Shown: positions 43,619 to 55,768, counted from the whole stretch's first letter. The stretch is DNA of 62,596 nt, filler included, from 9 parts of 9 records of this genome joined end to end with filler, not necessarily neighbours in it; one strand, 5' to 3'. A program made the numbers and translations. Notes: generated by a model from the letters alone, not told the origin.

Positions 43619-43731
43619 GTGTGAACCCTCTGCGCTTTTCTCCTTTGCTTTTCATTACTTTTGTTTACAATCCTTGCATTGCATCTCTTCATTATATCTT
43701 ATAGAATCAACTTGAGAGAAGGGGGCATACA

Positions 43732-44109
43732 ATGATTTCAATATCCGACATGGAGGCCATACTTACTGAACTGGCAGAAGAACTGCCCAAAGAATTCTAC
43801 CGTGAATTGAACGGAGGCATCGTTCTGCTTCCTAAAATAAAACTGCACAAAAGCAGCGTTGCAAAAGATCTGTATATATTAGCCGAATACCACTATAACC
43901 GCAGTATGGGACGATACATCGTTTTTTATTATGGATCGTTTAGAAGAACATACAGCCATCTTTCAAGCGCGCAATTAAAAGAAAAGCTCAAAGACACGCT
44001 GCATCATGAGTTCACACATCATTTAGAATCATTGGCAGGTGAACGTGGCTTAGAGATCAAAGACGAACAGAAATTAGCGAAATATCTTAAAAAGCACGGG
44101 CGCATCTGA
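43732..44109 (+). CDS. Small zincin-like metallopeptidase
   Basis: TLHHEFTHHLE (HEXXH); 125 aa. Confidence 0.75.
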   Translation: MISISDMEAILTELAEELPKEFYRELNGGIVLLPKIKLHKSSVAKDLYILAEYHYNRSMGRYIVFYYGSFRRTYSHLSSAQLKEKLKDTLHHEFTHHLESLAGERGLEIKDEQKLAKYLKKHGRI

Positions 44110-44275
44110 TATCGCCGCCGTAAAAAACCTATGTGAAATCATTACCGTAAAAGTCCACGCCTCCTTTTCCCAACACTTAACATGCATAGCGTTGCGTTCA
44201 AACGAATATCACAGTATAATAACATTCTAGCAATAATTCCTACACAAAGCTAAATCGTATAAAGGAGAATCGTGT

Positions 44276-44662
44276 ATGTTCAAGGAATTTAAAGAATTCA
44301 TTAGTAAAGGAAATGTAATTGACCTAGCAGTTGGTATTATCATCGGCGGCGCGTTCAAGGCGATCGTTTCATCATTTGTAAGCGACATCGTTATGCCTCT
44401 TGTCGGCATACTGCTCGGCGGCATCAGCTTTGCCGATATGAATGTGACCATCGGTACCGCTATTGTCAACTACGGCCTGTTTATCCAAGCCATTGTCGAC
44501 TTCATCATCATTGCGTTCGTCATCTTCTTGATGGTCAAAGGCATCAACCGTATGCGCAGAAAAAGAGAAGAAGAAGCCAAGGAAGACCCCGCTCCACCGG
44601 AGCCAACCAAAGAAGAAGCGCTCTTGACCGAGATTCGCGACTTGCTCAAAGATAAGAACTAA
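44276..44662 (+). CDS. mscL: Large-conductance mechanosensitive channel
   Basis: [23 protein letters not shown]...[10 protein letters not shown]. Confidence 0.97.
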   Translation: MFKEFKEFISKGNVIDLAVGIIIGGAFKAIVSSFVSDIVMPLVGILLGGISFADMNVTIGTAIVNYGLFIQAIVDFIIIAFVIFLMVKGINRMRRKREEEAKEDPAPPEPTKEEALLTEIRDLLKDKN

Positions 44663-44779
44663 AACTGATTACGGCGGCTATATCCCACAGCCGCCTTCAC
44701 ACAGCTATTAAGGAGACTTATGCATAATTACTTTTTTGTATTTGCGAGCCGTGTTTATACCCCTTTTGTAACCTTCTAT

Positions 44780-45358
44780 CTAATCCACAACCTTTACCGT
44801 AATCGTTGTCTCAAGCTTTTGCATCGTTCCTGCAAGATCATTTTCGTCTGTTGAATACTGCATCATCGCAGAGAGTGTATATTCACCGGTAGGCAGGCAC
44901 AGTGTTTCGTCTTGCACAAATGCTTCATAATATTCTGCATTCGGGTCATTTGCATCCCACCCTAAGTTTTTTTGAAACTCAAAGCGTCTCTCATCGGGCA
45001 AAACATCATCCGTCTGCTCAAACGTCGTTCTCTCCAGCACAGCATCCCAGCTATATCCACCATCAAAATAGTTACCCCCTTCAAGACTAAAGCAAACCAT
45101 TGGGCTGCCATGATATATCTCAAAAGGTTCTTCACGTATATATTTAACTGTTGCATAACACTCAATCAACTCATCTGCTTTGTATACGCTGTTATCTGAA
45201 ACAATGGTCAAGAAAAAATCATTGTTAAACACCGTCTCTGCCTGTGTCGTTTCTTCTACCTCATGTTCACCAATCGAAACGCATGCCGCCATCATAGCAA
45301 TAATCAGCAGCACAGTAACGAATATCGTCTTTTTCATATAGTTAGTCTTGTTTTTCAT
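44780..45358 (-). CDS. Hypothetical lipoprotein (Ig-like)
   Basis: MKKTIFVTVLLIIAMMAA-C lipobox; LPTGEYTL beta-sandwich-type motif. Confidence 0.65.
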   Translation of the reverse strand: MKNKTNYMKKTIFVTVLLIIAMMAACVSIGEHEVEETTQAETVFNNDFFLTIVSDNSVYKADELIECYATVKYIREEPFEIYHGSPMVCFSLEGGNYFDGGYSWDAVLERTTFEQTDDVLPDERRFEFQKNLGWDANDPNAEYYEAFVQDETLCLPTGEYTLSAMMQYSTDENDLAGTMQKLETTITVKVVD

Positions 45359-45518
45359 ACTTCTATTTTCCCATATTATTATCTTTTTTGTTTTGTTTAA
45401 ATAACAAAGTTTCATTCTGCGCGTATCTTTCCTACAATACAATTACTCTGTTTACGTGAGTCTTAATGTTCCAAAATCAGCACAAATATATCTCGTTTCG
45501 ATCAATAAAACTTTCTCT

Positions 45519-45923
45519 TCACGTCCAGAGGCTCGTTACCATCATCGGCACCTTGTCGCTATGCACAGAAAAGCCGCATTGCTCGTAGAATTCCTTTTCA
45601 CTCTCATATGCCACCAGAACAATGCGCAGATAGTCTTTATAGTGCTCAGTGATTCGGCGGACCAGCTCTTTGCCGATACCAAGGTTCTGATACGCAGGAT
45701 CGACAAGCAGGTAATGTACATACGCTGTCATGCCGCCGTCGTCCATGCTTCCGACTAAACCGACGAGTTTTTCCTGTGCCCACGCAGTAAATACACTGCC
45801 GTAGTTTCTCATCGCCGCCGCAAGCCTCTTTGGGTAGCGCCCGGAAGACCATTCGACAGATAGGAACAGCCTCTCAAGCTGAGCCGCTTCAAACGCCTTA
45901 ATGTCCTTGTAAGTAATTTTCAT
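45519..45923 (-). CDS. GNAT N-acetyltransferase
   Basis: LLVDPAYQNLGIGKEL, FYEQCGF; likely start MKITYK at 45923. Confidence 0.9.
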   Translation of the reverse strand: MKITYKDIKAFEAAQLERLFLSVEWSSGRYPKRLAAAMRNYGSVFTAWAQEKLVGLVGSMDDGGMTAYVHYLLVDPAYQNLGIGKELVRRITEHYKDYLRIVLVAYESEKEFYEQCGFSVHSDKVPMMVTSLWT

Positions 45924-46139
45924 ACCGCTTCCTTTCTTATACATATCTCTTTTCTTAGTTAAGTCTATCAATAAATATCGAAGGATTCTATATAGTACGT
46001 ATACGTATGCGAAAAATGGTTTTCCATTAATTAAATTAATTGTAATGATCGCTATGCTGGCGATTGTCACCGTGTTCTCTGTACCCCATCATAAATCATA
46101 CCAATATTGATGGGCATGCTTTTTCACCTATACTACATA

Positions 46140-46630
46140 TTAACCCTTCTCAAGATAATCGTCAATTTCGTGTCTGTTATTCCTCAGTTTTTCAAGCGTA
46201 ATTTCAATTTTATTTAAAGCGATTTTGCGTATTCTTCTACACGTTGCCGGCGAGCAAAACATTTTTGAAGCCACTGCCTCTGCGCTACGGTTTTCAAAAT
46301 AACGCAGCTGCACATACTCTTTCTCCCGTATTTCTAGGTCTGCATTGAGCACAACGTATTCAATGTTCGTCGTTTTTCGCCGCATTGCTTTAAGTTCCTG
46401 CTCAATTTTTTTAAGCTCTGAGCGGTATTGCTCGCCTGCGATGATTGCGCTGTGCTCCACCGGCTCGCTTTGCTGAGTTTGTTGCTTTTCGTTTTGTTTT
46501 GATTAATTTGCGAGACCGTATAGCAGCTGTCTTCATACGTCTTTTTTGCGAGCGACAGTTCGAGCATCAGCTTACCGATTCGTTTTGTTGCGCGCCAGTG
46601 TTCATACAAATAGTGTTCTGTAGTCTTCAT
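46140..46630 (-). CDS. Phage ArpU/RinA-like (sigma70 region-4-type) transcriptional regulator, frameshifted near 46460-46490
   Basis: ORF 46334..46630 joins ORF 46140..46460 by a 1-nt shift (...S/EPVEHSAI...); C-terminal EKEYVQLRYFENRSAEAVASKMFCSPATCRRIRKIAL. Confidence 0.7.
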
Positions 46631-46654
46631 ATCTCTCTCCTGCGTCGTTTTTTA

Positions 46655-46873
46655 CTAAAGCGGCGTTTCCGGCTGAGCAATCTTTCTTTGCGCGTACTGT
46701 TCAAATTGCGCCCACGCATATCGCCCGGCACACTCAACACAGATGTTTAACCCCTCATGAATATAGTACACATCCCCAAAATTGATTTGCGCTCCGCAAT
46801 AATCACAATGTGTGTAAACAACTCCGTTTTCTTGGTGCAAACCAATGCCGATCGTTCTTTTTGCATGTCTCAT
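46655..46873 (-). CDS. Small zinc-finger protein (CxxC-x17-CxxC)
   Basis: HCDYCG...NICVECA; tightly co-oriented between the cro-like and ArpU-like genes. Confidence 0.7.
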   Translation of the reverse strand: MRHAKRTIGIGLHQENGVVYTHCDYCGAQINFGDVYYIHEGLNICVECAGRYAWAQFEQYAQRKIAQPETPL

Positions 46874-46882
46874 ACATTTTCT

Positions 46883-47146
46883 TTAATGATCATTTGTCGC
46901 AACCGTACTTACCATTGAGTTTGATATAGCTAAGCTTTTATGATCTTTGTCAGAATAAAATACCAGAAACATATCTTCTTGAGAGATACCAAGTACCTTA
47001 CCAATTCGATCGGCAACATCAGGCGATGGACAACGAAAACCACTTTCTATATTTGAATAATAACCTTGAGAAATGCGTGCACTTTTTGAAAGTTGAGTTT
47101 GCGTCATATTTGTGCGCTCCCGGATATTTGCTAATAAAACCCTCAT
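46883..47146 (-). CDS. XRE-family HTH regulator (Cro-like)
   Basis: IRERTNMTQTQLSKSARISQGYYSNIESGFRCPS. Confidence 0.9.
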   Translation of the reverse strand: MRVLLANIRERTNMTQTQLSKSARISQGYYSNIESGFRCPSPDVADRIGKVLGISQEDMFLVFYSDKDHKSLAISNSMVSTVATNDH

Positions 47147-47159
47147 TTCGCCCCCCTAA

Positions 47160-47248
47160 ATAGCTTTTGGCTATATATTAGACAGGATGTGACATAATGT
47201 CAATATATATTTACCATTCTTTACATTTCTATCTCTTTCGGCTATAAT
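47160..47248. promoter_or_regulatory. Divergent sigma-A promoters with two candidate operators (cI/cro-type switch)
   Basis: Minus strand: TTGACA(47203-47198)-17 nt-TAATAT(47180-47175). Plus strand: TTTACA(47220-47225)-17 nt-TATAAT(47243-47248). Related 15-mers ATAGCTTTTGGCTAT (47160) and ATCTCTTTCGGCTAT (47231), 12/15 identical. Confidence 0.65.
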
Positions 47249-47333
47249 TGTATTGTGAAGATATTTTATTATTTAAAATAGCTTAATCTTGATTAAAGAA
47301 GTAATAGTTTTCAGAATCAAAAAGAAAGATGGT

Positions 47334-47393
47334 ATGCCAATGAACACCTTTTCCAGCAGAATCCGGCTAATGCGCATTGCAAAACGCATGAGC
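47334..47393 (+). CDS. XRE-family HTH repressor (CI-like), only the first 20 codons present
   Basis: MPMNTFSSRIRLMRIAKRMS matches the F..RL+.LR..+.+SQ start of XRE repressors; divergent from the cro-like gene. Confidence 0.6.
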
Positions 47394-47493
47394 NNNNNNN
47401 NNNNNNNNNNNNNNNNNNNNNNNNNNNNNNNNNNNNNTTAATTAATTAANNNNNNNNNNNNNNNNNNNNNNNNNNNNNNNNNNNNNNNNNNNN
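47394..47493. other. Artificial contig linker
   Basis: N-run + TTAATTAATTAA + N-run. Confidence 0.97.
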
Positions 47494-47531
47494 TGCCTAA
47501 ATATATTTCTAAATGCCATTTTTATAAGCAT
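47494..47531 (-). CDS. ABC transporter permease (FtsX/LolE-like), start only
   Basis: MLIKMAFRNIFR after GGAGG, downstream of an ABC ATPase. Confidence 0.55.
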
Positions 47532-47686
47532 GAGAACCTCCTTAAATATTTTTTTAGTCAAAGCGATTCAAAGGAAATTTTAGAACAATTCAAAATTAAA
47601 GCTTTTTTGATTTGAATTTTCCTTGTTTAAACTTCGTTTAAAAAAATATTCTTTATTTTTTTCTTTTATGTTTAAAACTCATTTCT

Positions 47687-48361
47687 TTAGCCTTGAATTA
47701 ATCCATCACGAAGTCGAACAACTCTTCTGGCTCTCTCGATAATTTTGGGGTCATGTGATGAAAATACAAAGGTGATATTTAACTCTTCGTTTAATTTCTT
47801 CATTACATCTAAAATAGCTTCACCTGTATCCAAATCAAGATTAGCCGTTGGCTCATCGGCGAGAAGTATTGCAGGTTCTTTAACTAATGCTCTAGCTACA
47901 GCAACTCTCTGTTGTTGTCCACCTGACATTTCTTTTGGTTTTCTATGTCTAAGCTCATATATTCCAACTTGGTCTAATATTTTTTCTACGCGCCCTTTTT
48001 TCTCTTTTGCATCGTATTTCTTGAGTAAATCCAATGAAAATTCAACATTTTCATATGCTGACAAAACTGGTATTAAATTATAGCTCTGGAAAATGAAACC
48101 TATTTTTTCTCTTCTAAACTCAGATGCATGTTTACCTTTTAGATTTCCTATCTCAATATCTTCAATTTTTATACTTCCTTTAGTGGGGTTATCCATTGCT
48201 CCTATTATATTTAGAAGTGTTGTTTTTCCTGAACCAGAAGGTCCTGCTAAAACTGAAAATTCACCTCTATCAATCTCCAGATTGATATGTTTTAACGCTG
48301 GTACGTCTATCTTGCCATTAAAATATATTTTATCCAAATCTTTTATTTGAATCATACTCAT
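47687..48361 (-). CDS. ABC transporter ATP-binding protein (LolD/MacB-like)
   Basis: GPSGSGKTT, IGFIFQSYNL, MSGGQQQRVAVARAL, LADEPTANLD; ATG at 48361 after GGAGG. Confidence 0.93.
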   Translation of the reverse strand: MSMIQIKDLDKIYFNGKIDVPALKHINLEIDRGEFSVLAGPSGSGKTTLLNIIGAMDNPTKGSIKIEDIEIGNLKGKHASEFRREKIGFIFQSYNLIPVLSAYENVEFSLDLLKKYDAKEKKGRVEKILDQVGIYELRHRKPKEMSGGQQQRVAVARALVKEPAILLADEPTANLDLDTGEAILDVMKKLNEELNITFVFSSHDPKIIERARRVVRLRDGLIQG

Positions 48362-48467
48362 TTGTTTTTTCCTCCTTTGATTAAATAAATTCAATACGAA
48401 CAAAATCATCAGTGTTCTTTTGATTATTTTGTGAAGTTTGGTTTTGAATTTATAATATAATACTTTG

Positions 48468-49457
48468 TTAAAAATAAGATGAAATTTTAAATTTTATTTC
48501 ATGTTTTAGGTCTTCCTCAAAACTTAGGCCAGCCAAACCTGAAAAATCCTCTATATTATAATAATAATTAAGTGCAACTCCTATTGTTACATAGTCATTA
48601 AACAGATACTCAAAGTTGTTATACAAAATCCCAGCATTCTGCTCTGGATTACCTACATAACTTTGACCAAAACTCTTATCTTCACTAAGGGTATAGTTGT
48701 ATCTCAGATAAAGTAGTCCCCCTTTTGTTTCATCATTATAGATACCTTCACCCACTACATAAAGTGTTTGTTCATTTATCTCAAATGAGTAGTCAGTTCC
48801 AAGTACTAGATAGTTATAATTATCATCATCCAGTTGTTGAAGTACTAATTGTGACCATAAGCCCACTATTGCATCACCTTTAAACTCTAAAACGGTTGTT
48901 TTAATATCGCTGGTTTTGTTAAACATTGAAGTTTTATAGTCAAAATAATTCAACATGATCTCATAATTGTTAAGTAAAAATGTGTATCTAGCTGCAAAAT
49001 TTTCTCCGTCATAGCTATTGTCAAAAGCAACTACTTCAACTCTGGACATATCATCTGAACTATATTTAAACTTAACAGAATCAACACCTTGTCTATCTCC
49101 CCTTGGATCTGATGGGTCAGGCGAGTTCACAACATCTGACATATTAAACAGATATGCACTTCCCCAAACTATCTTTTGTCTCCCAAGCGTTAATGATAAG
49201 TTGTCTTTGTACAGCTCTGTGTATGCTCTATAAATACTTAGCTCATTATCCTCGGCACTGGTGTCAGCACTGACACTGAACTCAGTAAACATATTATCCT
49301 CTTCATACTCAATAATTAGTTTTCCATTAGTACTATATTCCGTTTCACTATTGTTAGCTGACTCTCTCTCCGCGTTAACTTCACCACTGAAATCAACAGA
49401 AAAGCTAGAAATAGGTAGCACTAAAAATAACAATAATATATATTTTAACTTTTTCAC
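48468..49457 (-). CDS. Putative outer-membrane beta-barrel protein
   Basis: Signal peptide; RAY...GRQKIVWG...GVD motif; C-terminal YF. Confidence 0.65.
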   Translation of the reverse strand: MKKLKYILLLFLVLPISSFSVDFSGEVNAERESANNSETEYSTNGKLIIEYEEDNMFTEFSVSADTSAEDNELSIYRAYTELYKDNLSLTLGRQKIVWGSAYLFNMSDVVNSPDPSDPRGDRQGVDSVKFKYSSDDMSRVEVVAFDNSYDGENFAARYTFLLNNYEIMLNYFDYKTSMFNKTSDIKTTVLEFKGDAIVGLWSQLVLQQLDDDNYNYLVLGTDYSFEINEQTLYVVGEGIYNDETKGGLLYLRYNYTLSEDKSFGQSYVGNPEQNAGILYNNFEYLFNDYVTIGVALNYYYNIEDFSGLAGLSFEEDLKHEIKFKISSYF

Positions 49458-49477
49458 CTAATACTCCTTTCTCTAAA

Positions 49478-49573
49478 TAGATTTTAAATAGTTTCTTGTA
49501 CAGCCACTTTGCTAAACACCTGTGCTTCAAGGGTATTTAGTGAAGTGATGTACCATTAAGAAACTAAAATCTA
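49478..49573. repeat. Long imperfect intergenic hairpin
   Basis: TAGATTTT..TAGTTTCTT-GTACA..CACTTTGCTAAACACC / GGTATTTAGTGAAGTG..TGTAC..AAGAAACTA-AAATCTA. Confidence 0.55.
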
Positions 49574-49585
49574 TATAGATTTTTA

Positions 49586-50263
49586 TTAGTTTCTCATAAA
49601 ATCTTTAGCTTTCTGAATACCCTCAAACCAAACTTCATAAAATTTAAGACTTCCCTTAGGTGCACCAAGAACTTTCTCTATAGTTGCCTGTTTATTTTTG
49701 ATTAGCCTTAGTTGGTAAGTTGGGTCTGACATGACCTTTGTCTTATTTCCCGGATATGAAAATACCAGAAACATATGCTCCGCTGTTAATTCCGGGTCGT
49801 CTGTACTTAGTACTCCCTCCTCTATTCCTTCAGAAACTATTTGTTTGAAATATGGCAGTATAAATTCATAACTTTTGTCTTTCATCTTCTGATAAATTAG
49901 GGCATTTTCATCCTGCATTAGATAGCTACCAAGTTTAAGTACAAAACCTATATTTCTAAACTTTACTTCCATATTTACCTCGAGTAATCTATTGAATTTC
50001 TCAAGAGCACCTATACTCTTATCTGGCATAAACTCCTGTGTCAGCGCTTCAGATTCATACCACATTGAGTTAATTACCTCTTCTAATAACTCAGCTTTTG
50101 ATTTAAAATAGTGATAAAAAGTCCCCTTAGCTATTCCCACATCTTTTATAATATCGTTAATTGTTGTTTTTTCATATCCTTTCTCTCCGATAATATTCAT
50201 TGCAGAGTTGATTATCTCTTTTACTCTTTCACTTTTAAATTTTTCTTCTCTCACCAACTTCAC
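49586..50263 (-). CDS. TetR/AcrR family transcriptional regulator
   Basis: KGYEKTTINDIIKDVGIAKGTFYHYFKSKAEL. Confidence 0.93.
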   Translation of the reverse strand: MKLVREEKFKSERVKEIINSAMNIIGEKGYEKTTINDIIKDVGIAKGTFYHYFKSKAELLEEVINSMWYESEALTQEFMPDKSIGALEKFNRLLEVNMEVKFRNIGFVLKLGSYLMQDENALIYQKMKDKSYEFILPYFKQIVSEGIEEGVLSTDDPELTAEHMFLVFSYPGNKTKVMSDPTYQLRLIKNKQATIEKVLGAPKGSLKFYEVWFEGIQKAKDFMRN

Positions 50264-50294
50264 CTTCCCTCATCATAGCTCAATTTATTTCTAT

Positions 50295-50311
50295 CGACCG
50301 ACGGTCGGTCG
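50295..50311. promoter_or_regulatory. Probable TetR operator
   Basis: Perfect GC-rich palindrome CGACCGAC-G-GTCGGTCG in AT-rich DNA, 31 nt upstream of the TetR start. Confidence 0.7.
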
Positions 50312-50515
50312 GTTATTTTTATAATACTCCTAATAAGATCAAAAATCAACTCCTTTTTATTAAAATAACATTCACTTAAAAAAATATATAAATAATATCT
50401 AGAAATAGTTCTTAAAAAGAACTTTATTTTTTGATTAAAAAAATGTTATAATTTTAAAATTAATAAACATTTTATTATACCAATATTACTTTAACGTATA
50501 AGTAGGGGGTAATTT

Positions 50516-52270
50516 ATGAAAACCAAAAATACAATTATCAAATTTACCATTTTAGCGTTTTTTTTACTCATTGATCTACTTTTTAATTATCAAGTTTTTA
50601 TAAGTTCACTAGAAGAGAAAGATTCCTTTCAAAAAAAACAGATTAACTCTATTGAATTTGAGCTCAATAAAGCTATCCTTGAAAATACAATTTTGCTTGA
50701 AAGGGAGCTTAGCAGCTTAAAACTAATTAGAGAAACCATAAAATCAGACTCAGTTCTTATGAAGGCAGAGGTTCAAAAAATACTAACTTCAGCCAAAACA
50801 ATGCTTAACGCAGAAATTGTCTATTTAGCTAATGAAGCTGGTAAAGTAATCGTCCGTAGTAAAGATAAAAATGAGAACATTGAAAGTAAGTTTTTACTTA
50901 ATGGTGATGAATTATTAACTGTAGTTGAAAAAGATAAGAAGATAAGTCTAGCCCTAGACAAAGAAAGTAAAAAAAGTGGAATCTATTTTTTAACACTTCT
51001 CCCAGAAAGCAATGAGATGAATAAAAGTATTTCTGGAATGTTTGTAATCAAATTAAGCCTTCACACTTTCGAAAACTTACTTAAAACTATTGATTATCCT
51101 GTTTTTTTGACAGATAAAAATCAAACAATTATCTCATCAAATAGTGAGATATCATCTCAAGATACAGGTAATACCTTACTAAACAAAGGAAAATATACAT
51201 CATATAAAATTAGTTCTGCCAATATTAATTGGAAACTTTATGTTGATTATAAAAAAGGCTTTGAATTGTTTACGATTAAAGAGAAAGTTATGTTTACCAC
51301 TTTATTCTTGATCCCCATTATAACTTGTATTCTAGCCATTTACCTATATAGACTTATGGTAACTAAAAAACATTATGAAAGTGAACATGACAAGTTTTTT
51401 AACATTGTAGAGCAAGCGCCCTTATCAATTATAATAACTGATAAAAATGGAGATATCCAATATACCAATTCTCACACTGAAAAGGCAACTTATTACACTA
51501 AAGAGGAATTACTTGGAAGAAATCCACGAATTTTAAAAGGGCACAAACAAAGTGACGAGTTTTACGCTAAGCTCTGGGAAACCATTACCGATAACAAAAC
51601 TTGGAAAGGCGAGTTTCATAACAAAAGAAAAAATGGAGAATATTACTGGGAGCACTCTATTATATTTCCTTTTAATGATAAAAAGGGAAATATTGAGAAT
51701 TATATAGCTTTCAAAGAGGATATTACAAAAGAGAAGGAGCTTGAATATCTAGCAACTGTAGATGAGATGACGCAAACATTAAATAAAAGAACTGGTTTGG
51801 AATTCTTGCGAAAACGTCTTGCGAAGAAAAATAACTCTACTGATTTAACTAACTGTTCTCTTGTATATATTGACATCAATAATCTAAAACTAGTTAATGA
51901 TCAATTTGGTCATCAGGCAGGGGATGAATTAATAGTAAATACTGTAAATATTATTAAAAATGAAATCAGAGATTCCGATTTAATTGTAAGGTTAGGAGGA
52001 GATGAATTTTTAGTTATTTTTCCTAAAACAATTGAAAAACATGCACAAGAATCGATAAATAGAATAATTTCACACTTAAATAAAGTTAATAAGAAGAAAA
52101 TCTACAACTATAAAATGTCTATTAGCTATGGAATCGCTGAGCATGTTGCTGGTAGTGATATTGATATCGATAAATTAATTGATGAAGCTGACAAAAAAAT
52201 GTATGAAATGAAGAAAAAAATAAACAAACTTAAACTAAAACGAGTCCTTATTTCAAGGGACTCGTTTTAG
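50516..52270 (+). CDS. Sensor diguanylate cyclase (TM-sensor-TM-PAS-GGDEF)
   Basis: PAS (ELLGRNPRIL...WKGEFHNKRKNGEYYWE); DINNLKLVNDQFGHQAGD, RLGGDEF. Confidence 0.92.
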   Translation: MKTKNTIIKFTILAFFLLIDLLFNYQVFISSLEEKDSFQKKQINSIEFELNKAILENTILLERELSSLKLIRETIKSDSVLMKAEVQKILTSAKTMLNAEIVYLANEAGKVIVRSKDKNENIESKFLLNGDELLTVVEKDKKISLALDKESKKSGIYFLTLLPESNEMNKSISGMFVIKLSLHTFENLLKTIDYPVFLTDKNQTIISSNSEISSQDTGNTLLNKGKYTSYKISSANINWKLYVDYKKGFELFTIKEKVMFTTLFLIPIITCILAIYLYRLMVTKKHYESEHDKFFNIVEQAPLSIIITDKNGDIQYTNSHTEKATYYTKEELLGRNPRILKGHKQSDEFYAKLWETITDNKTWKGEFHNKRKNGEYYWEHSIIFPFNDKKGNIENYIAFKEDITKEKELEYLATVDEMTQTLNKRTGLEFLRKRLAKKNNSTDLTNCSLVYIDINNLKLVNDQFGHQAGDELIVNTVNIIKNEIRDSDLIVRLGGDEFLVIFPKTIEKHAQESINRIISHLNKVNKKKIYNYKMSISYGIAEHVAGSDIDIDKLIDEADKKMYEMKKKINKLKLKRVLISRDSF

Positions 52271-52290
52271 TTTAAATTAATATCTACAAT

Positions 52291-53736
52291 TTAATATTTA
52301 TATTTACTTACAAAGTTGCTTAATTCATCAGCTATAGAATTCATATTTTGTGATACTGCAAAGCTTTGTTCAGTTATTGCAGAAGTTTGTTGACTTACTT
52401 CGTTAATACTTTTAACTTTACCTTTTAAGTCAGTAAAAAGTTCCATTTGATCAAGTGATATAGATTCAACGTTACTACTCCCATTAGCAATATCAAAAAC
52501 AGCCTTAGAAATCTCATCGATTGAGTTAACCTGCAAGCCCATGATAGATGAGATATCGATTACATATTTATTAGTTGTATCAACTTTATTTATTATTTCT
52601 CCGATTTTCTCAAGTGAGTCTTCTGATAATTTATAATTATTAGTCATATTTATCCTAGCCTTTGATAATAGATTCGCAATACCTTGAGCAGATTGTGACG
52701 TTAATTCTGCTAGTTTCTTTACTTCATCAGCAACAATAGCAAATCCTCTACCAGCCTCTCCTGCCCTTGCAGCCTCTATAGCAGCATTTAAAGCAAGTAA
52801 GTTGGTTTGATCTGAGATACCACTTATTGTTAAAGTTGTTTCTTCAATTCCTTTAACTAACTCCCCAATATCATTTATGCTATCATTGGATTGTTTAATT
52901 GATTTTTCTCCAGTTTTTGCAGATTCATAGGTCTCATCTGATATCTTTTGAGCATTTGAAGTATTTTTAGATAAATCATTTATTGAATCCATTATCTCTG
53001 CTAATGAACTAGATGTTTCCTCAATTGACGCAGTTTGATTTCTGATTTGATCCAAGACACTACTCATTTTATCATTAAGAATGTCAAATGAGTTTTCCAA
53101 TTCTTCGGAATCTGAAGCCTGAGATATAGCTCCATCAACTACTACCTTCATTCCAGTAGACAGTTCTTCTGATGCTGAAGCGAGAGAAATACTATTTTCA
53201 CTGATAGTTTGAATATTTTCTTTAAACATTCTAAGGAATTTATTATACCAAACTCCTAACTCAACAACTTCATTTTTTACAACTTTTTTATAAACCTTAC
53301 ATTCTTTACAAGTTTTATAGACTCCTTTAGCTATCTTTGGACAGTGTACTTTGGCACCAAATTCAGGGGCATAACTTCCAACATCAAACCAACAGAGAAC
53401 ATTTCCTTTGCTAAAATCGGGACATTCACCCTTCCCACAATCCATTATTTCAGAACAATTTACGGATTCCATAGGGTAGGGATTTGTTAAATCTCCTAAA
53501 GCTAAATTAGCCATTAACCCCTGGAACTCTTTTAATGGATTAGTAATACTTCTTAATACTAAAAAAGATATAAACAATTGAAATAAAATCAGTAATAAAA
53601 TAAAAATAGTTTGAATAACCAGATTTTCCTGTTTTGAAAATAAAAATTTAAAAGATAAATTTGAAATTATTAAATTCAATGCCGTTAGCCCTATAATTTT
53701 GGTTGAAATTTTCAACTCACTTACTTTTTTTAACAT
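52291..53736 (-). CDS. Methyl-accepting chemotaxis protein with a Cys-rich insert in HAMP
   Basis: [34 protein letters not shown]; two adjacent TMs; 7-Cys insert. Confidence 0.92.
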   Translation of the reverse strand: MLKKVSELKISTKIIGLTALNLIISNLSFKFLFSKQENLVIQTIFILLLILFQLFISFLVLRSITNPLKEFQGLMANLALGDLTNPYPMESVNCSEIMDCGKGECPDFSKGNVLCWFDVGSYAPEFGAKVHCPKIAKGVYKTCKECKVYKKVVKNEVVELGVWYNKFLRMFKENIQTISENSISLASASEELSTGMKVVVDGAISQASDSEELENSFDILNDKMSSVLDQIRNQTASIEETSSSLAEIMDSINDLSKNTSNAQKISDETYESAKTGEKSIKQSNDSINDIGELVKGIEETTLTISGISDQTNLLALNAAIEAARAGEAGRGFAIVADEVKKLAELTSQSAQGIANLLSKARINMTNNYKLSEDSLEKIGEIINKVDTTNKYVIDISSIMGLQVNSIDEISKAVFDIANGSSNVESISLDQMELFTDLKGKVKSINEVSQQTSAITEQSFAVSQNMNSIADELSNFVSKYKY

Positions 53737-54079
53737 AAGTCCCTCCTAATATTTTTCTATACCCACAATAATAAATTTTATCATTTTATTTTCAAATACA
53801 CAAGCATTTTCTGCTAAGGTTAATTTTTAAAAGTGACTTTTATGGCTTATCAACGCGTAATTGACGAATTTTTATTTTTACACTAAGATGCTTTCTATTT
53901 ATATTTTGTAATTTACAATTGGTACAATCATGTTCTTATTTTAAATAAATCCGATGAATTGTAAAAAATATTCATGTTTTATTTTTGTGTCTATATTGTT
54001 TTTTTCACAAAAAGATCAAAATAAATATTTTAAGTCTCTATTTATATTATGCATTTAATTTTAGATAAGTTTAAAAATT

Positions 54080-54119
54080 AAAAAAAATGGTTTAAGGAGG
54101 ACATCTCCTTAAACCATTT
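54080..54119 (-). terminator. Intrinsic terminator
   Basis: AAATGGTTTAAGGAG-gacat-CTCCTTAAACCATTT with an A-run (T-tail on the minus strand), right after the GH1 stop. Confidence 0.75.
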
Positions 54120-54125
54120 AAGCAA

Positions 54126-55580
<1,455 letters not shown>

Positions 55581-55768
55581 TTAATATTCAATATTCATAT
55601 ACAAAGCTTTTTAGTATTTTATTCTTTATAATATATATTAACAGATAAGCATTACACAGTCAAAGCATATTATTTTAGTAAAAAGTAGTTAAGTTAAGGG
55701 AAATAATCATTTGAATCTTTTTATTTTTAATAGTAAAATAGTATTACGTAAAATAAAAATTCAAAAAA

